Of a DNA stretch of 64,000 bases, positions 60,059 to 64,000 are shown piece after piece (the first letter of the stretch is position 1; each line of letters starts with the position of its first letter). A model generated the notes under the pieces. It had not been told where the DNA came from and searched no databases. It was given only the letters and a program-made list of their open reading frames with translations. Both the position numbers and the translations under genes were made by a program. Source of the stretch: an uncultured Alphaproteobacteria bacterium (GTDB lineage: Bacteria > Pseudomonadota > Alphaproteobacteria > RF32 > CAG-239); contig CAKQLP010000002.1 of the NCBI GenBank assembly GCA_934254675.1, positions 15,731 to 79,730 on the forward strand. Direction: 5' to 3'.

Positions 60059-63000
60059 TTAAAAATTATATTTTAAATTAACATATCCTGTATGACTGAT
60101 AAAATCTTTCCTAAATTTCCCTTCATATCCAATATCACTTTCAATGTTATCAGATAAGTTAAAAGAGGTCTTTACTCCTGCTTCCAGTCCAAATTGTTTT
60201 AAGTTTTTTCCTTCTATAAAATAAGTTGAACCATTAGACAGAGATACAAAAGAATTTTCTTTATCAGTTACAATATCATATGTTGCGGTTAAATGAATTT
60301 CCGGACGCCAGTAAAGTACACTTTTTTCAAAACAGTTATAGATGTTCTTGCTTAATTTTATTCCTCCTAAAGCCGTTAAATAATTTAAATTATCCGATGA
60401 TACTTTCTGACCAATTTGATCTGTGTAACTATTTCTGCGAACATTATTATAGCGTAGTCCTGTTTCCGGGGTAATCTTAAAATCATAAATGTACGCATCA
60501 TATCCAGTTATGGCGTTAGCAGCAAGATTTTTTACATTATACTTAGCTGTATAATGGTTGTTTATAATAAATTTTTTTTCATTATAGTCAGACCAGTTAT
60601 ATATTGTCGCAAGATGCGCAAACCAATTATTTGGTTTATATTCTCCGTAAACAAAAGCCGTATTCGTATCAACATCAGCTTTTCTTTCATACGCATTTAT
60701 TTTGTCTGTTGTAAAAGCATAACCTATGCCGCTTTTTATTGTGTCGGTCAACTTTTTTTCTGCTCCGAGCATTATTCCAGAACTTTTAATATTAAAGCCG
60801 TAAATTTTGCCCATATCGTTTATTTTGGAATAGTTACCCAAAATTTGAACGAATACGGAGCCGTCATTAAATATATTATCTCCAGATGATAATCCATATT
60901 TACGATTTTTCGAAGAACTGTGAAGCCGATTTTCGATATTGTCAAAAATCTGATTATTTTTCAATAACATCATAGATTGTAAAACCGGACTGTCATTTGG
61001 AGCTAAGGACGTTAAGGCTTTATTCAGTTGAGACGCGTTATTTTGTGCTAAATCCGCTAAATTGTCAGCCAGTTGTTTCTGAATTCCGTCAGAAAATCTG
61101 TTATCGTCTATCCAAGCTTTTGCGGTGTTTTCATTGTTTGTTGTTCCGCCATTTTCGCGACTAACATCGCTTGCTTTTCGTTTAAGGCTGACAATGTAAT
61201 CTCCGGCAGTTGAACTTTTTTCAAAATGATACATATTGTTATCATAAACAGATGATAAATTGTCAACAAACGGATTTGCGCTGGAAAAAACGGAAATCGT
61301 TTTTTGGTTATTTGATATATCAACTAAGCCTTGAGCCAGTGTTAAATTTAATGTTCCACCATTTAAAACCAGCTTGTCAGCATATAAAGAACCATTTTTA
61401 TCCGTATTTACGGTTATATTTAGCATAGAGCCTTTGTTAAATTCCGCCTGCTTTAGAGTTATATGCTGTGTATCGATGTCTAAAATACCGCCATTAGCCT
61501 GAAATGTTTCAACAGATTTGAGTTCATCTCCGTTTTTAAGCTTTAGAACTCCGTTTTGCAAAGCAACGTTGTTTGCTGTAACATCAGCATTGAAGGATAT
61601 ATTTTTAGTCCCATTCAAAAAAATTGTACCATTTCCTGTTATTGCGGAATCAAAGATTATATTATGGTTTTCCGCATTTAATGTTAGAATGCCGTTATTG
61701 ATAATTGCGGCACCGTTAAAACCATAAAAAGATGTATCCGTGACAAACATTTCTTGTGTCGGTGATAAGGAGATTCCCTTGAAATTATTTCCATTGACAG
61801 ATTTTCCGCTACTACCGATAACCAATTCTGTTCCGGTTAATGCTCCTAAGTCACCGGAAAGAATTTCATCTTTTCCCATAACAAAGGATTTTTGTGCATT
61901 GGTGAAATGAACAGCCGTTTCAAGAGTGTTATCTTTGCCGAATTTTATTTTGTTTGCAACTGTGTCCACCATATATAGATAAGAATGATGCACATTTTCG
62001 CCGACAGTAATATCTAGAATATTGTTTAGTTTTATCAAATTGTTTTTAGTATCAATGGAAATTTCTGTAATGTTTTGGTCTGCATCATTCAAGATATTTA
62101 ACTTTTTTAGTTCTAAATAATTAGTGTTTGTTGTAGCGTTTGCCGTAAAAGAATCTAAAGTTTTCTGTTGCAAATCAATGTCAAGACCGATAGAGGCATT
62201 GTTGTGCAAGATTATGTCACTTAAATCTGTGTTTTTGATATTGTTATCACTTAAATCAATAAATCCGCCATAAATGTTAAATTTTGTTCCGGAAACAAGA
62301 GAGCCATAATAATCAAGGTTGTTTTGAGTGTTGTGTCCAAATTTTAATGTGCCATTGTATAAATTTAGTTCGTTTACGCCGATGGCGTTATTAAATTCCA
62401 CAACACCGTTTGTGGGAGCAATATCTGAATTATCTTGGGCAACACTGATATCTATATTATCTTTGTTTATATTTATGATTGAATCTGATTGAGATAAAGC
62501 ATCTTTTATTCCTTCAATGCCGTCATTAAAAGTGATATTTTTTTCACCGGCATTTAAATTGATTGTTCCGCCGGTGGTTTTTATGGCGTTTGATTTGCCA
62601 TTTGCAATATTACCGGTGAATTCTGTGGCTGAATCTTTTGCATAAATATTTATATTGCCTCCCCAATTGTAGATGGCTCCACCTTCTGTTGTCGCCGAAT
62701 TATTTAAAAAAGAGCCGCTGAGGCGATTTAGATTGCCCATATAATTTGTAATAACACCGCCTTGGCCTGAGGTGGTGTTATTAAAACTTTTGAAATTAGT
62801 GTTTGTGATATATAAATTTTGCGTTACACCCATACCTGAAATAATCAGTCCTTGATTAGTGTTGTTACCAACAACGGTATAATTATTTCCCTGAATAGAT
62901 AAAGATTGTCCATTAAGCGGGTTCAAATTTCCAGATAAATTTTCATCGCTTGTAAGTTCATAGGTTTTATCTGTTGATTGATTATCATCAACGGCTTTGG

Positions 63001-63127
63001 CTAAAGAACTGTAAGCGTGAGCAGACGCCGATATTGTTATAAAAGCAATGTTAATAATTGCGCACTTTTTTAAAACGGAAATATATTGTTTTTTTAATAA
63101 ACCCAGAGCTTTTCTAGTGTACCGCAT
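60059..63127 (-). CDS. autotransporter (type Va) outer-membrane protein with beta-helical passenger
   Basis: Signal peptide. Passenger rich in N/G/T repeats (..NGG.LN.., ..G.LN.N..). C-terminal ~280 aa beta-barrel ending ..VNLKYNF (terminal aromatic). Confidence 0.75.
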   Translation of the reverse strand: MRYTRKALGLLKKQYISVLKKCAIINIAFITISASAHAYSSLAKAVDDNQSTDKTYELTSDENLSGNLNPLNGQSLSIQGNNYTVVGNNTNQGLIISGMGVTQNLYITNTNFKSFNNTTSGQGGVITNYMGNLNRLSGSFLNNSATTEGGAIYNWGGNINIYAKDSATEFTGNIANGKSNAIKTTGGTINLNAGEKNITFNDGIEGIKDALSQSDSIININKDNIDISVAQDNSDIAPTNGVVEFNNAIGVNELNLYNGTLKFGHNTQNNLDYYGSLVSGTKFNIYGGFIDLSDNNIKNTDLSDIILHNNASIGLDIDLQQKTLDSFTANATTNTNYLELKKLNILNDADQNITEISIDTKNNLIKLNNILDITVGENVHHSYLYMVDTVANKIKFGKDNTLETAVHFTNAQKSFVMGKDEILSGDLGALTGTELVIGSSGKSVNGNNFKGISLSPTQEMFVTDTSFYGFNGAAIINNGILTLNAENHNIIFDSAITGNGTIFLNGTKNISFNADVTANNVALQNGVLKLKNGDELKSVETFQANGGILDIDTQHITLKQAEFNKGSMLNITVNTDKNGSLYADKLVLNGGTLNLTLAQGLVDISNNQKTISVFSSANPFVDNLSSVYDNNMYHFEKSSTAGDYIVSLKRKASDVSRENGGTTNNENTAKAWIDDNRFSDGIQKQLADNLADLAQNNASQLNKALTSLAPNDSPVLQSMMLLKNNQIFDNIENRLHSSSKNRKYGLSSGDNIFNDGSVFVQILGNYSKINDMGKIYGFNIKSSGIMLGAEKKLTDTIKSGIGYAFTTDKINAYERKADVDTNTAFVYGEYKPNNWFAHLATIYNWSDYNEKKFIINNHYTAKYNVKNLAANAITGYDAYIYDFKITPETGLRYNNVRRNSYTDQIGQKVSSDNLNYLTALGGIKLSKNIYNCFEKSVLYWRPEIHLTATYDIVTDKENSFVSLSNGSTYFIEGKNLKQFGLEAGVKTSFNLSDNIESDIGYEGKFRKDFISHTGYVNLKYNF

Positions 63128-63255
63128 TTATTCTCCTATACCATAAAATAAAAACATCCATTTAAAATCTAAGTAAATTATTTTTGTTAAAAATTAGTAA
63201 ATTAAAGTGTTGTTTATTGACTAAACGTATTGTACATTTAAGTTGTTTAACAAAA

Positions 63256-64000
63256 ATGAAAGAAAACTTGGGGAATACTTTGACAAAGCTGGATAAAGAA
63301 GAAATCGTCCGTCGCTTGAAAGACGATGCAGGACAAGACGAGCTTTTGGCCAAGGCGGATAAAGTCCGCCACGATTATGTTGGCGATGAAGTGCATTTGC
63401 GCGGGCTTATTGAATTTTCAAACATTTGTCGTAATAATTGCCTTTATTGCGGTATCAGACGGGATAATGCCCATCTTTGTCGCTATCGTATGGATGAAGA
63501 AGAGTTGATTGAAACAGCGCGGCGCGGTGTGGCGTTGGGTTTTAAGACTATTGTTATGCAATCCGGCGAGGATATGTATTATAACACAGAAAGAATGTGC
63601 CGCATTGTGGAAACTATTAAAAAATTTGATGTGGCGGTAACGCTTAGTATAGGGGAACGAACATACAAAGAATATAAAGCCTTTAAAGAGGCCGGAGCCG
63701 ACCGCTATTTGATGCGGATAGAAACAACAGATAAAGATTTGTATCATAAACTGGATCCGAATATGAGTTGGCAGAAACGCTATGAGTGTTTGCTTATGCT
63801 GAAAGAACTTGGTTATGAACTGGGTTCGGGGTGTATGGTTGGACTTCCGGAACAAAGTATTGAATCTATTGCCGATGATTTGCTGTTTTTGAAAGAACTT
63901 GAAGTGGATATGGCGGGAATTGGTCCGTTTATTCCGCACCAACACACGCCACTCAAAGATGCCGCCGGAGGTACTTTGGATTTGGCTTTGCGGACAATGG
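63256..64000 (+). CDS. hydE: [FeFe]-hydrogenase maturase HydE, radical SAM (3'-truncated by window edge)
   Basis: ATG at 63256 opens a frame running to the window end. Translation ..YVGDEVHLRGLIEFSNICRNNCLYCGIRRDN...IVMQSGED...GADRYLMRIETT...GSGCMVGLPEQ...DMAGIGPFIPH.. aligns almost residue-for-residue with Thermotoga HydE, including the CX3CX2C radical-SAM motif. Confidence 0.8.
   Translation, partial: MKENLGNTLTKLDKEEIVRRLKDDAGQDELLAKADKVRHDYVGDEVHLRGLIEFSNICRNNCLYCGIRRDNAHLCRYRMDEEELIETARRGVALGFKTIVMQSGEDMYYNTERMCRIVETIKKFDVAVTLSIGERTYKEYKAFKEAGADRYLMRIETTDKDLYHKLDPNMSWQKRYECLLMLKELGYELGSGCMVGLPEQSIESIADDLLFLKELEVDMAGIGPFIPHQHTPLKDAAGGTLDLALRTM

Overview
This is a low-GC, AT-rich window (roughly 37-40% GC) from a diderm, Gram-negative-type bacterium. 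It is probably an anaerobe: a HydE [FeFe]-hydrogenase maturase starts at the 3' edge. The window is mostly chromosomal housekeeping (polA 3' end, tadA, rluB/rsuA-like, rsmD, mtnN, metK, U32 peptidase, pyk, rpe, phoB-like, xseA, uppP, mutY, deoB, pgeF/yfiH, ampD-like, smpB, bactofilin). Three tRNAs are present: Leu-CAG, Ala-GGC and Thr-TGT.

Several accessory-looking islands are interleaved with the housekeeping genes:

1. Two convergent small serine recombinases (invertase/resolvase family) flank tRNA-Ala. They sit directly upstream of a thioester-containing (CTEQ) alpha-2-macroglobulin plus pbpC (PBP1C) operon, followed by a MacAB-type tripartite efflux unit.

2. A ~7.5 kb segment is bounded by two paralogous, inverted type IV pilin-like genes with conserved ~130 bp 3' flanks and terminators. 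It contains an ArnT/PMT-family GT-C glycosyltransferase co-transcribed with a HAD phosphatase, small membrane proteins, a DUF3298-like lipoprotein and a cluster of short GC-rich palindromic repeats.

3. A cassette of three tandem paralogous small secreted proteins shares near-identical promoter/leader/signal-peptide modules. A perfectly identical 82-bp 3' fragment of one paralog sits downstream of another. A divergently oriented Cys-rich secreted protein lies within the cassette.

4. Next to the cassette is a GH108 muramidase-like protein with a long N/Q-rich N-terminus.

5. A CopZ-like HMA protein plus a P1B-type ATPase operon has a promoter carrying an 11-2-11 palindrome. The palindrome resembles ArsR/SmtB 12-2-12 operators, and an ArsR-family gene lies 4.6 kb upstream.

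6. A ~1000-aa autotransporter is present.

Two large K/E-rich proteins (752 and 523 aa) have no recognisable domains. Several Rho-independent terminators, mostly bidirectional hairpins between convergent genes, are visible. No CRISPR array, transposase, tyrosine integrase or rRNA was seen.
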